From Chiloscyllium plagiosum (lineage: Eukaryota): 59,444 nucleotides of DNA. The notes under the pieces were generated by a model that was given only the letters and a program-made list of their open reading frames with translations, had not been told where the DNA came from and searched no databases. Location of the stretch: positions 93,608,774 through 93,668,217 of the forward strand of contig NC_057718.1 in assembly GCF_004010195.1 (NCBI RefSeq), written 5' to 3'. Shown here in pieces: positions 1 to 11,520 of the stretch (positions are counted from its first letter, which is position 1; every line of letters begins with the position of its first letter). The position numbers and the translations under genes are program-made.

Positions 1-450
1 GGCAGTAGGGGTGGCGGAAGTCACTGAGCGTGTGGCATCGGCGATGATGTGAGGGCCGGAAGTGGCTGTGGGAGTGGCCATGATGGGGGCAGAAGTGACA
101 TCATCAATCAGCGTGGGGGTGGTAGCTGCATCAGTCGCATGGCTAATGGCGTTTCCGAGGCCAGGGGATTCTTCTGGAATGTTCGAGGAGCGCTAGTTAT
201 GGAGGAGGGTAGATAAAAGTTTGTTGTACTTACAGTTTTTGATGTTTGAGATGGAATTGAAATACTGTTTGTTGAGAGTATGAATTCTCCTGAGGGTATT
301 GTACAGAGTGGGTCCTTTGCAATTCTGAGAGAGTGTAGCCCTCAGCTGAGGCAGGGCAGACTGTAGAGAGGTTAGGTGCCGGCACATTGCTGCAAGTGTG
401 GAGCGGAGGATCTTGAAGGATAACGGTTGCTGGTGTTTTTGAATCAAAAT
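1..450 (-). mobile_element. Penelope-like element (Neptune-type) N-terminal ORF fragment, runs off the window start
   Basis: ORF 193..447(-) KILRSTLAAMCRHLTSLQSALPQLRATLSQNCKGPTLY..LRRIHTLNKQYFNSISNIKNCKYNKL resembles, from memory, the N-terminal region of shark PLE ORFs; followed by a Thr/Ala/Pro-rich low-complexity stretch. Confidence 0.6.
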
Positions 451-954
451 AGTGTAAAGTAAATAAATCCTTTTTTAATATGATGGAAGCTACATGACAG
501 TCAATTATGATTCCTTCTCAAAGACAGGAAGGTTTTTTTCTTATTTTCCTTGCTCTAGTTCTGAATGAAATGTTTTGTTACCGTTTAATTAATGACATTA
601 TCCCTGATAAAAGGTCCCACTGACAGCCGACGGAAAGTCTTGCACCTCCCAAAGTCTGGATTTCACCACCGGCCTACCCAATTAGGCTTCATTTGATGGA
701 AGACTCAATGTTGGTAAGGTACGTGCTCCCTCACCTGGTTACTCTGGCAGGCCTTCAGTTGAAAATGTCACATGGATCTCTCAAGATTAACCAGAATCCG
801 GTCACCGGAATGAAGCTCAGCCCAGGGTTACCAACTCAGCTGACACCTGACACCGACAACAGTGCAGTACTGAAGTCCAGGAGTTGGACTTGAACTCAGA
901 ACCTTTGTTACTCATGGACATGAGGGCTAGAACTGAGCCACAGCTAACATGCAG

Positions 955-1243
955 TGTTGTGGGGGACATGTGTTCAAATCCCACCATGGCTGATGGTGAA
1001 ATTTGAACTCAACAAAAATCTGGAATTTAATAAAAAGTTAGTATAATGACAACCAATGTTGTAAACTCCCATCTGGTTCACCACTGTTTTCAGGAAAGGA
1101 AATGAAGTGTACTTACCTGAATTGGCGTACATGTGACTCCAACAAGGAAGTTGGGTCTTAGTGGCTTTTTGGGAAATTAGGGATGGGCAATAAATGCTGC
1201 CCTAGTCAGTGACAGTCACATCCCAAGAGTGAATTTTTAAAAA
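955..1243 (+). mobile_element. tRNA-derived SINE (family B), LINE-like 3' tail
   Basis: B-box-like gttcaaatccc, core cccatctggttcac..ggaaaggaaat..acatgtgactcc, tail aattagggatgggcaataaatgctg; homologous to 33215-33536 and 54805-55850. Confidence 0.7.
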
Positions 1244-1519
1244 TGCCATTGTCAAAAGTGAACATGATGTTGTTGAATTGTTGTTAAAACCAACCAGTTC
1301 ACTCCTAGCATGTCAGATAGGTGGTCTTACCTTTCTGCCCTATATGTAACTGTAATCTCAACATGGATGCCTCTGAACTGCCATTTCAGTTGAGCACATG
1401 ATGGTTCAAGAAGGCAACCATCATTCTTTCAAGGCCCTACTGATAGCCCTACTCGGTCCTCACACAGGAGAAGAAATAAGCCACTGACTTACTTCCTTTG
1501 CGCATTGCGGTTCGTGTTT

Positions 1520-1930
1520 ATTCTGCCTATGGCCTTTACCCACATTTCCCCAGTTCAGAAATTGCCAAACACTCCAATAATGTTTCGAATATAGGAAAAG
1601 CTTTGATTTTGCCCACAAATGATGGTAGTCACTGTTATGTCTGTTTCAGTAGTGCTCCTGACAGCTCCCCCGCAACTTGGAGCAGGTTCTAGTATCCTTG
1701 GAAGAGAGTGCACTGAGACCTCACTCTGATACATTTCTGCAAAAGCAGCAGACTTTGAACTCATCTTAGACATTCAGTATTCAGAGGAAACAATGAGTAC
1801 AATGATGTGTAAGCCAAAGAGTGCAAGGCAATTGAAAATGATATTGCATGTACACATGGCAAGCATGTGTTCCATCTCTTTCTCTGCCCACGGATCTCAA
1901 TGATGCCTGCAATATCAAACCAAAGAACCA
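1520..1930 (+). mobile_element. possible highly decayed Gypsy integrase remnant
   Basis: Frameshifted peptides YPHFP/VQKLPNT..PQMMVVT..CFSSA..KAKE weakly resemble the rve core (YSKFPIVRKLPNT..PEIVVSDNGPCFSS..KAKE). Confidence 0.3.
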
Positions 1931-2565
1931 GAAATAGTCTGGCAGCTCACTAGGGTCTGGGTAAGATCCATGTTTAATCTGTGGGTGGAACCACAAAATA
2001 CATTATGAATGCCACTAGACACTTTCCTGTCCACTCAAAATATTTGGGGTACAACATTATTGAGTGGTGTGCACTGTCTCCAAGCCAAAATAATCTATTC
2101 TCTGTGTTAGGCTCTGAGATATGTTTTTATATTCATGTAGAAAACAAGATTTCTTGCTTCCTGCAGTTGATGCAGCAATCCAAAAACAGAATCCTGCTCA
2201 AGAGAATGCGACAGACCAATTGTCATTTGTACTGTAGGCATTATTTTTTTCCTGATTTTTGTTGTATTGCCTCTTTCATTGTGAACACAATGTGGTTATT
2301 ACAAGTGTTCCTGGAAGATATGACTTGATGGAAAAAGACATGCAAATACATCCTGTGCACCTTGGAGTTCACATGTACTTTTCTTTTGCTATTTAAAACA
2401 AACAATAAAGTCAAATGTTCTAGCCTCTTCGATAGGACAGGAGCATGTTTTGCCTTTCTCTAATCACCCAGGCACTATTTCAGAGGGTAGGTAAGAGTCA
2501 ACCACATTATTGCAACTCAGTAATCACACGTAGGCCATACCATGTAAGGATGACTGATTTCCCAT

Positions 2566-2890
2566 GTGTCACGGTAGCTCAGTGGTTAGCATTGTTGCCT
2601 TACAGCGCCAGAGACCTGTGCTCGATTCCAGCCACGAATGACTGTCTGTGTGGAGTTTGCACATTCTCCCTGCATGAGTTTCCTCTGGATGCTCCAGCTA
2701 CCTCCCACAATCCAAAGGTATGCAAGTTAGGTGAATTGGCCATTCTAAATTGCCCATAGTGGTCAGGGATATGTAGGTTAAGTGTATTAGTCATGGGAAA
2801 TGTAGAGTAATTGGGTAGGAGAATGAGTCTGTGTGGAATATTGTTTAGAGGGTCAGTGTGGACTTGTTGGGCCGAATGGCCTCTTTCCAA
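2566..2890 (+). mobile_element. HE1-type V-SINE
   Basis: tRNA-like head (acggtagctcagtggttagc..gctcgattcc), V-domain ctgtgtggagtttgcacattctccc, HER1-like tail ggacttgttgggccgaatggcct. Confidence 0.9.
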
Positions 2891-2895
2891 AATGA

Positions 2896-3160
2896 GTGGT
2901 ATGGTAGCTTAGTGGCTAGCACTGCTGCCTCACAGCCCCAGGGGTCTGGTTTTGACTCAGCCTCAGGAGACTGTCTGTGTGGAGTTTACACATTCTCTCC
3001 GTGATTGTGTGGGTTTCCTCTGAGTGCTCCGGTTTCTCCCACAATCCAAAGATGTGCAGATCAGGAATTGGCCATGGGAAATGTAGAGTAATAGAGTAGG
3101 AGGGTCGATGTGGACTTGTTGGGCCAAATGTCCTGTTTCCACACTGTCGGGATTCTATGA
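2896..3160 (+). mobile_element. HE1-type V-SINE (tandem second copy, internal deletion)
   Basis: Same head, V-domain and tail motifs. Confidence 0.88.
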
Positions 3161-3164
3161 TGGT

Positions 3165-3445
3165 GCATCACACCGCAAACCTGACTGGCAATCTTAAATT
3201 GGTCATCATTGTAATTCTTAGCACACTGTGGATTATTTAGCAATTGCCCAATCTCAAAATCAAATCTAAGGTTGGACATTATATGAGATAGTTGCATACA
3301 ATGAGTACCTTGCTGTTTGCAAATGAATTTCTTGTTTGATTTGATCTGCCAATCTTTATGGTATATGATCAACCTAGCACCACAAAGCCACTGAAGTTCG
3401 TATACCAAATAAATCATTTTTAGGATAGGCAGTACAGAGTCCACT
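3165..3445 (-). mobile_element. PLE GIY-YIG endonuclease fragment
   Basis: ORF 3061..3444(-): VLPILKMIYLVYELQWLCGAR..IGQLLNNPQCAKNYNDDQFKI resembles the PLE GIY-YIG domain (VVYEFQC-CDARYVG..IGQHLL.NP.CA). Confidence 0.7.
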
Positions 3446-3562
3446 TGCCAACCAATCAGTCCTTTCTTCTCATACAGAGTCTTTACATTAGTCTTTCTTG
3501 CAAATTATGCTGATGAGCACAGAAGGAAGCCTCAACAAAATGTATTTTGTTGAGCATATTCC
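3445..3562 (+). mobile_element. PLE terminal segment with degenerate hammerhead core, inverted relative to the adjacent GIY-YIG
   Basis: gctgatgagcac..ggaagc near 3510-3530. Confidence 0.45.
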
Positions 3563-3789
3563 AGATTTATTAATTGAATGAATATCCCACACAGTGCTGT
3601 GCTAGGATTTGAACTAAGGCCCTAGAGTATAAATCTGGACATTTATTCTGGTCACATTAAATTCCACTACTGCCTTACTATGTATCATCATTCTTGGTGT
3701 ACTTTGCCTGCTCAACTAAGGTTATGAAATTCAAATGGATTCTATAAGAAGTTCTACACAACAAGAACAGAATTAGACTCAGCTTGAAG

Positions 3790-3925
3790 TTTTGAAGAAG
3801 TGTCATACTAGACTCGAAATGATAACTGTTTCTTTCTCCGTAGATGCTGCCAGCCCTGCTGAGTTTCTCAATCTTTCCATGTGCTTGTTTCAGGTTTCCA
3901 ACATCCGCAGTATTTAGCCTTTATT
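3790..3925 (+). mobile_element. PLE 3' terminus (hammerhead-bearing, decayed)
   Basis: ttgaagaagtgtcatactagactcgaaatg followed by gatgctgccagccctgctgagtttctc..catccgcagtattt. Confidence 0.7.
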
Positions 3926-4920
3926 AGACTCATCTATAGCACATGTCCAAAGCTGAATGCTTCTTCCCTGCTTTGACCTTGGCTGGTGGGACTTCAGCAT
4001 CAGGATGATAACTAGTGTCAAGCCAAGATTACCAGTTGTGGAAGTGGCTTACTGATTTTACCGCAGGCAAAACTCTATCTGGTCATCTCTGTGTCTCTGA
4101 TCAGTAAAGGCTAAGACTTCAAAGTAATATTATTTATTATATATTAGTAGCAAATACTATTGTACATTGTAATCCTAGATATATCGGACTCTGACTTCTA
4201 GTTACGTGAGATAACTGCTTCGCTGTCTTCTGTGTGTGTTCATATCCATATGCCTTCCAAAGTCTCGATTATTCGAATTCCTCCCACACTGGGGAAAAGG
4301 CAGGAGTTTTGCACTTCTCAGGGAGCCAGTGTGGACACAGTTGGTCAAATAGTCTTTTTCTGTGCCCTAACAACTCCACGATTCTGTAATTCAACACAGC
4401 CTGAGTAACAAACCTGATTCCCTTTCCATTCTTTCCCCTTCAGGATCAACCATTGTCTTTGAAAGCCATTTTTTTTGACATTCATTCCACTTTAGCAGGA
4501 ATCATTTCAGATGTTGTCCTTCCAGAGTGGAGTATCACTAGCTGCAGGTTCAAGACACAAGTTTGGTTTTGTGTTGTTGTCCTTCATGTTCCATTTAACT
4601 AAAACGCAATATACCATGCCCAACATGCTTTTTTATCTGTGTTTTCAGCAACTGTGTTCCTCTTGCCGATGCAAACCCAGGAAGCTACCTTGCTACGAAC
4701 TGTCGGTTATGCAACACTTTAAGAAAAACATGTCAGTTTGGCAAGGCCTTCAAGATCCTGAACCAACCTTGCAATTATGCTATGGAGTTGTTTCTCACTG
4801 AGCATAAATAGCTTAGTGTGGGCAGACTCAGTTATATAGACAGAAGATGGATAAAATGAGATCGGATTATATTGACTGAGGCAAGCGTGTAGAAGATAAT
4901 CTTTCACAATGTTACAGTAA

Positions 4921-5105
4921 GATTAGAGCCTAATATAGAGCCATAGAGATGTACAGCACGGAAGCAGACCCCTCGGTCCAATTCGTCCATGCTGACCAGA
5001 TATGCACCCCAATCTAGGCCCACCTGACAGCACCTGGCCCATATCCCTCCAAACCCTTCGCATACATATACCCATCCAGATGCCTTTTAAATGTTGCAAT
5101 TGCAC
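4921..5105 (-). mobile_element. HER1/CR1 LINE 3' end
   Basis: Reverse complement encodes ATFKRHLDGYM.. plus the 3' UTR shared with HE1 tails. Confidence 0.85.
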
Positions 5106-5964
5106 TATATGTCTCTGAATACTATGTTAAGTTGTAATTAATCTTAATATGCAATCAACAGAATTCTAAAGAAGCCTAATCTTGAAGACAGTTGTCTTCT
5201 TGTTGAACTGTTTGCCTTGAACCCAAACTCTCGGAGGTGGGCTTTAAACTATACAACAAAAGATCCCGAATGACTGATGGTGTCCTCATAGACCTGTAGT
5301 TTCCCTCCATTAAAGTGAAATGGGTAACAAATCCCGGGATGGTGAGAGCAGAAACAAAAATGCATTAGTGATTTGTCACCACTTTTAGCCAAATATTTGG
5401 AGGACACAGAGTACAATAATTCAGCCAATGGTTTGACTGTCCCTCCAGCTTTCAAGTGGGTCATTGGGACCAACTGACTTAATATAGAAAAGATTCATAG
5501 TGAAATTTCAGATACTGATGGAGCCCTGTGGATTAATTCTAGCCTCTTCAGCATCTTCAACTTTTCTTGTTCCACCAGTGGCAGCCATGTTTTTGGTTGA
5601 CTGAGCCCTTACTCTTCAATTCCCACTTCTCAAGCTCTCCACCTCTGTATCTCTTCCTTTAAAATGATCCTTAAAACCTATCCTTTGGACCAAGTTTATG
5701 GTCACCCTGACCCAAAGTCCCCTTGCACTACTAAGTATAAAACACTGTTACAATCGTACTCATATGAAGCACTTTGATTTTGCATTTAACTGCTTAATAG
5801 ATACTTTCTGCAGGGTAAGGGTGTGAAAGAGGTAATGCCTGAAAAAGTGTGAGGAGCACCACTCACTCTGATGATAGTGAGATAGAACATTAGAGAATCA
5901 GAGACTCAAAGAGGAATATCATGGCTTCAAAAGTACTGTCCACTTTTCTGTAAAGCTGTAGCTA

Positions 5965-6165
5965 GCAGGTAATAGTTAGCTCAGCTGGCTGCATGTCTGG
6001 CTTATGATTCACACAGTATGGGTTCAGCTTCTACTCTCATTGACATTACCATGAAGGATTGGTCTTCCTTACTTGTCCACTTGCCTGAGATATTGGGCCC
6101 CTCAGATTAAACCACCACTGGTTCTCTCTCTAATGAGTGGGACTATGGTGCCTTTACTTTTTCTT
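5965..6165 (+). mobile_element. old tRNA-derived SINE (unassigned family)
   Basis: A-box-like gttagctcagctggc, B-box-like gggttcagcttc, tail gggactatggtgcctttactttt. Confidence 0.5.
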
Positions 6166-6199
6166 TTGTATATAGCTCCTTCGCATGTAATAAACTAAT

Positions 6200-6640
6200 A
6201 GTTAAAGAGAAAAGATGGGACAGACTGCTCTTGTTTTCGCTGGAGCTTAGAAGAGTGAAGGGTAACTTGACTGAAGTGAGAAAGATCCTGAATGGTCCTG
6301 ACAAGATAATCGTGGAGACGATGTTTCCTCTCGTGTGAGAGTCCATGACACTGTTTTAAAATGCAGAGCCCCCCACTTTTAGGTCAGAGATGATGCAATT
6401 TTATTTTCTCTCAGAATTTTTCACAACTTTGGAATTCGCTGTCCCAGAAGGCAGTTGAGATGGCATTGTGGTATAATTTTAAGGTAGATATGATGCGGAT
6501 AGATTATTATTAGACAAGTGAATCAAACAGAGTGGAATCTGAAACACAAACAATCAGCCTTGATCTTATTGAAGGATGGAGCAGGCTCGAGGGGCTGAAT
6601 GGCCTACTTCTGTTCCTAATTCTTATGTTTGTATGAATGT
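6200..6640 (+). mobile_element. CR1-clade LINE 3' fragment
   Basis: Decayed LFSLELRRVKGNLTEV.KIL; 3' UTR gagcaggctcgaggggctgaatggcctacttctg. Confidence 0.8.
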
Positions 6641-6689
6641 TCAAACCCATCGTAATCGCTCATAGCCAGAAGAATCAAATATCAATCAC

Positions 6690-7235
6690 AGCACAAACTG
6701 GAGGAACTGGAAGTACTTAACTCTGTGATCTGCCTGTACTGCTCGCAAGACAAAGCTTTTCACTGTGCCTCGGTGCACATGACAATAAATTCAATTCAAT
6801 TCAATTCAACAACATCTCATCTTCAGACTAAACACTCTACAGCCTTCTGGACTTAATATTGAGGTCAACACCTTCAAATTGTGAACTCATTCCTATTCCT
6901 TCCCTTCCTTTCATCTTTACTTGCTACAATCTCTGTCATCATGTCTTTTCTCTCCTACCCCCACTCCAGTAGGACTGTGTGTTCTTTCCAGTCTGGCAGT
7001 CAGACACGCCATTATTCTACCATTCTCACTTTCCAATCACTTAACCTTTTACATCTTTTCTCCCTCAGCACTCTACACCCCGCCGCCACCCCTCCCAGCT
7101 GTAGAATAAATCCTGCCCCCTCCACACTTCAGCTGTAATGAAGAGTCATCTGGACTCGAAACATCAGCTTGGGATCTCCAGTATTTATTGTTTTCGGTAC
7201 AGACTCCAGCATCTGCAGTAATTTGCTCCTACAGT
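6690..7235 (+). mobile_element. PLE 3' end (GIY-YIG C-terminus, UTR, decayed hammerhead), interrupted by a Rex/Babar tail at ~6722-6808
   Basis: KLEE..QHLIFRLNTLQPSGLNIE; taatgaagagtcatctggactcgaaac near 7136; inserted tail cttttcactgtgcctcggtgcacatgacaataaa(ttcaa)n. Confidence 0.75.
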
Positions 7236-8339
7236 ATAGGTGCAAACTGTTCTCCTTATGCAAGCCATACAGGAGAATGGGCATTCTTCAGTCACACACT
7301 TCTGTGGGATCGTTGTTGACTCAACTTTCTCTGTCCCTGTTGCTGATGTTTACAAGGGCAGAGAGATTGAAAGCATAAGGCAGAGCTGTTGAAGTCAAAA
7401 TATTCATGTCATTGATGGTACAAATCTGCTGCCATTTTCAACAGAAGCAATAACACTGATTTGGTATAGAGATAGTACAGGACCTGGGTAAGCTCGGAAG
7501 CTGAGAGCTTGGTGTCAGACACCACGATGATTGACAAAGCAGGGGTTGTTATGTCTCATAAGCTGAATATTTGTGGGTCAACTCAATATTTATGGGTCAA
7601 ATGAAAAATGCCAAAAAAGAAGTTTCCAACGTAAATATTATTGTAACAGCAGTGATATTTCCGGCAAGTTTTGCCACATGAATCCTTGTGAATGAGTGCA
7701 ACTGAAATAGATTGTTGCTAAATGATAGCCTCTGTGTGGTGCAGCAACATTCCTCGCATTCATCTTTTCCTCACATCCTGGTTTGTTCGGGGGTCACCAA
7801 ATCATAGCTTTTGCTGTGATTTTACTGGAGTGGAGACAGGTCCCAAGCCTACCCCAGCCAAGAGGAGGTGTTGAACCTCATGCAGTCGGTGCTTTTCTGG
7901 ATCCACTCTGAGGCCATTCATCCCATCGTGTCTGCATCAGCTGCCTGAGTATTTTACCTCAGCGCCTTATCTTACTTTGCCCCATTTCACGTGGTTTATG
8001 CTGAAGTAATCTTCCAATTTCCCCTTGAAAGCCTCAGCTGAACCTGTCTCCCTCACACTTCCAGGCTCATCAGGAGCTATTAGCCAGGAATGTGTGAGAG
8101 AAACAAGAGTCTTCAGTGTCTTATTGATGACAGAGGCTGCCTGCACAAGGATGGTGTCCTTTCATGTAGGCCTGCCAATCAGATTAGCATCCAGGAGTTT
8201 CCTATTGGCCCTTTGTCCCTACTGTGTCCTTGATGTCCATGATGCTACAGTCCTCCTATTCCATGCAGTCCCTGAGATGACTTTGCTCATATCTCAGCAG
8301 CCCCACGTCACAGTAAATGTTAAAATGACCCTGAAATGG

Positions 8340-8830
8340 CTGAACAGAAATAGGCCATTCAGCCCACAATGCTGTCGCATTCATTCGTATTGGTCAATCT
8401 GACAAACCCCAACACCACTATTATTCCTTATCACAATAACCCTTGATTCCCACGTGTCTCTCTCAGGCTTGAATGTACTTAATAGCACAGTCTTGACAGC
8501 CCTCTGTGGTAAAGAATTCTACAAATCTATTACCTTCTCAGAGACGAAATTCCTCCTGACCTCTTACTGAAAAGTATAACCCCTTGTTCTGAAATTCTGC
8601 CCTAGACACTCGCGCAAGAGGAAACAACCTCTCTGCATCTATCCTGTCATATCCATGAACAATCTTCGAGGTTTCAATAAAGTGGTCCTTCATTCTTCTA
8701 TGTGCCAATGAACATAAGCACAATGCCATAAGCTCAATCTTTCCTTGTATGGCAATTCCTCCACAGCCAGGATCAGCCTCATGAACCTTCCCTGAGTTGC
8801 CTTCAATTCAGCACGTAGTTCCTTAGATAA
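8340..8830 (-). mobile_element. CR1-clade LINE 3' fragment
   Basis: ORF 8538..8729(-) RRMKDHFIETSKIVHGYDRIDAERLFPL. Confidence 0.8.
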
Positions 8831-9788
8831 GGGATGTTGTGAAACCTGAAACGGTTCAGAAAAGATTTACAAGGATCTTGCTAGGATTAGAGCTATAGGA
8901 AGACTTAGGATCCTTACAGTGTGGAAGCAGGTCCTTCGGCCCAACAAGCCCACACTGACCCTCCGAGGAGTATCCCACCCATTCCCCAACACTATATTTA
9001 CCCCGAACTAATAACCAACTCCATGGGCAATTTAGAATGGCCAATTCATCTAACCTACACAACTTTGGATTGTTTTAGGAAACTGGAGTACCTGGAGGAA
9101 ACCCACACAGACACAGAGAGAATGTGCAAACTCCACACAGACAGTCCCCCAAGGTTGGAGTCGAACCCAGGTCCCTGGCACTGTGAGGCAGAAATGATAA
9201 CTACTGAGCCACCATGCCACCCTGAATAAGCTGAGGTTATTTTCCCTGGAGTGTCGGAGGCTGAGGGGTAACCTTATAGAGGTCTATAAAATTATGATGG
9301 ACATGGATAGGGTGTATAGCCAAGATCTTTTGCCCAGGGTAGGGGGAGTCCAAAACTAGAGGTCATTGATTTATGGTGAGAGGGAAGACTTTTTCATGCA
9401 GAGAGTGTTACGTGAATGAAATGAGCTGCCAGAGGAAGTGATGGAGGCTGGTACAATTATAACATTTAAAAGGCATCTGGATGGGTATAAGACTAGGAAG
9501 AGTTTAGTGGGATATGGGCCAAATGCTGGCAAATGGGACTAGATTAATTTAGGACATCTGGTTGGCATGCAGATGGTAAGGGGGAGTACTGTAAAAAGGA
9601 CTTGGGGTGGGGAGATGTAAGAGTAAAGGGAATTCTACCTTTTACTCTGCATGTAGCTACTGAGCATGTGTGATTTAAATTAAGTCATGGTGCGGTCAGA
9701 TCACTTGGAATTGGAGGCTAGGTCTGTTGGCCTGCAAGCAAGATATCCCATCTTACTGTCCTCTACAAATGGTTATGTTCAATTTTCT
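8820..9788 (+). repeat. 969-bp direct duplication, copy 1
   Basis: tccttagataaggg...ttcaattttct matches 10105-11073 apart from about 10 substitutions counted by eye. Confidence 0.97.
8831..9570 (+). mobile_element. HER1/CR1 LINE 3' fragment with antisense HE1 SINE inserted (8905-9222)
   Basis: DVVKPE.VQKRFTR..LFSLECRRLRGNLIEVYKI..NELPEEVMEAGT; the HE1 reverse complement interrupts it. Confidence 0.9.
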
Positions 9789-10106
9789 GAGGAGAAAGTG
9801 AGGACTGCAGATGCTGGAGATCAGAGCTGAAAATGTGTTGCTGGAAAAGCGCAGCAGGTCAGGCAGCATCCAGGGAACAGGAGAAACGACGTTTCCGGCA
9901 TAAGCCCTTCTTCAGGAATGAGGAAAGTTTGTCCAGCAGGCTAAGATAACTTCTCCTGCTGAACACTCTCTGCTCATTCCTGAAGAAGGGCCTGTGCCCG
10001 AAACGTCGAGTCTCCTGTTCCCTAGATGCTGCCTGACCTGCTGTGCTGTTCCAGCAATAAAGTTTCAACTTTGATCTCCAGCATCTGCAGACCTCACTTT
10101 CTCCTC
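9789..10106. mobile_element. fold-back (inverted pair) PLE-terminus insertion with two hammerhead cores
   Basis: Left arm gaggagaaagtgaggactgcagatgctggagatc.. is the reverse complement of right arm ..gatctccagcatctgcagacctcactttctcctc; cores at 9884-9919(-) and 9976-10011(+). Confidence 0.9.
9976..10011 (+). ncRNA. minimal type I hammerhead ribozyme motif (PLE-associated)
   Basis: attc-CTGAAGA-a-gggc-ctgt-gccc-GAAA-cg-TC-gagt: intact core, 4-bp stem II, palindromic ACGU stem III, GUC cleavage triplet. Confidence 0.75.
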
Positions 10107-11073
10107 CTTAGATAAGGGATGTTGTGAAACCTGAAAGGGTTCAGAAAAGATTTACAAGGATCTTGCTAGGATTAGAGCTATAGGAAGACTTAGGATCCTT
10201 ACAGTGTGGAAGCAGGTCCTTCGGCCCAACAAGCCCACACTGACCCTCCGAGGAGTATCCCACCCATTCCCCAACACTATATTTACCCCGAACTAATAAC
10301 CAACTCAATGGGCAATTTAGAATGGCCAATTCATCTAACCTACACAACTTTGGATTGCTTTAGGAAACTGGAGTACCTGGAGGAAACCCACACAGACACA
10401 GAGAGAATGTGCAAACTCCACACAGACAGTCCCCCAAGGTTGGAGTCGAACCCAGGTCCCTGGCACTGTGAGGCAGAAATGATAACTACTGAGCCACCAT
10501 GCCACCCTGAATAAGCTGAGGTTATTTTCCCTGGAGTGTCGGAGGCTGAGGGGTAACCTTATAGAGGTCTATAAAATTATGATGGACATGGATAGGGTGT
10601 ATAGCCAAGATCTTTTACCCAGGGTAGGGGGAGTCCAAAACTAGAGGTCATTGATTTATGGTGAGAGGGAAGACTTTTTCATGCAGAGAGTGTTACATGA
10701 ATGAAATGAGCTGCCAGAGGAAGTGATGGAGGCTGGTACAATTATAACATTTAAAAGGCATCTGGATGGGTATAAGACTAGGAAGAGTTTAGAGGGATAT
10801 GGGCCAAATGCTAGCAAATGGGACTAGATTAATTTAGGACATTTGGTTGGCATGCAGATGGTAAGGGGGAGTACTGTAAAAAGGACTTGGGGTGGGGAGA
10901 TGTAAGAGTAAAGGGAATTCTACCTTTTACTCTGCATGTAGCTACTGAGCATGTGTGATTTAAATTAAGTCATGGTGCGGTCAGATCACTTGGAATTGGA
11001 GGCGAGGTCTGTTGGCCTGCAAGCAAAATATCCCATCTTACTGTCCTCTACAAATGGTTATGTTCAATTTTCT
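10105..11073 (+). repeat. 969-bp direct duplication, copy 2 (HER1 10116-10855, HE1 10190-10507 on minus)
   Basis: Same sequence as 8820-9788; duplicated ORFs 8921..9229 and 10206..10514 have identical translations. Confidence 0.97.
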
Positions 11074-11220
11074 CCCATACAAGTATGTTAACCTCACATT
11101 ACTACACACACCTAGTTGGAAACAAAGGACCTTACTCCTGCCGAGAAGCAGATGGATCAGAAAATCATTATACTTGGTGCACCCAGAGTCACATAAAGAC
11201 TACTGGATGCTGGATCAACC

Positions 11221-11520
11221 TGTGATGATGTAATGGAGCTGCACATCACTGAGTATAAATATCACAGCGTGGACAAAGTTAGAATAATCCAGATTCTGAA
11301 AGACTCCCCTGACCCCATGGACATGAACACACATAGAAGATAGATTGGTCTTTACATAATGCAGTTCTGGATATATCTTTGAGTACCAAGTTCAGTAGTA
11401 TTTTGCATTAATGTATACTAAATACTGTGACTTGGAAGTTGAAGCCAGAAGACAGTCTTGATTTTGTGTCCTCATTGATCAGTTTGTCCGAAACCCCAAC
11501 TCACAATGTGGCATCAACCC
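11221..11520 (+). mobile_element. 5' LTR of an ancient Gypsy element
   Basis: Starts tgtgatgatgtaatggagctgc; collinear with 15021-15093 plus 15996-16221 (tgtgttgatgtcatggagctgc..catgggcatcaac..agaagata..aactcaaagtgtagcatc). Confidence 0.65.

Noticed and set aside
9789..10106. DNA-transposon MITE or pre-miRNA interpretation of the palindromes
   Set aside because: The arms are PLE 3' termini, seen attached to GIY-YIG C-termini elsewhere in the window. Inversion points vary and TSDs are long, unlike TIR elements.
8921..10514. Two identical 102-aa ORFs suggesting a duplicated gene
   Set aside because: Both are antisense HE1 SINE translations inside the 969-bp duplication.
11221..11300. C/D-box snoRNA (tgatga..ctga)
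   Set aside because: No terminal stem, and the segment is better explained as the start of an LTR with a second diverged copy at 15021.
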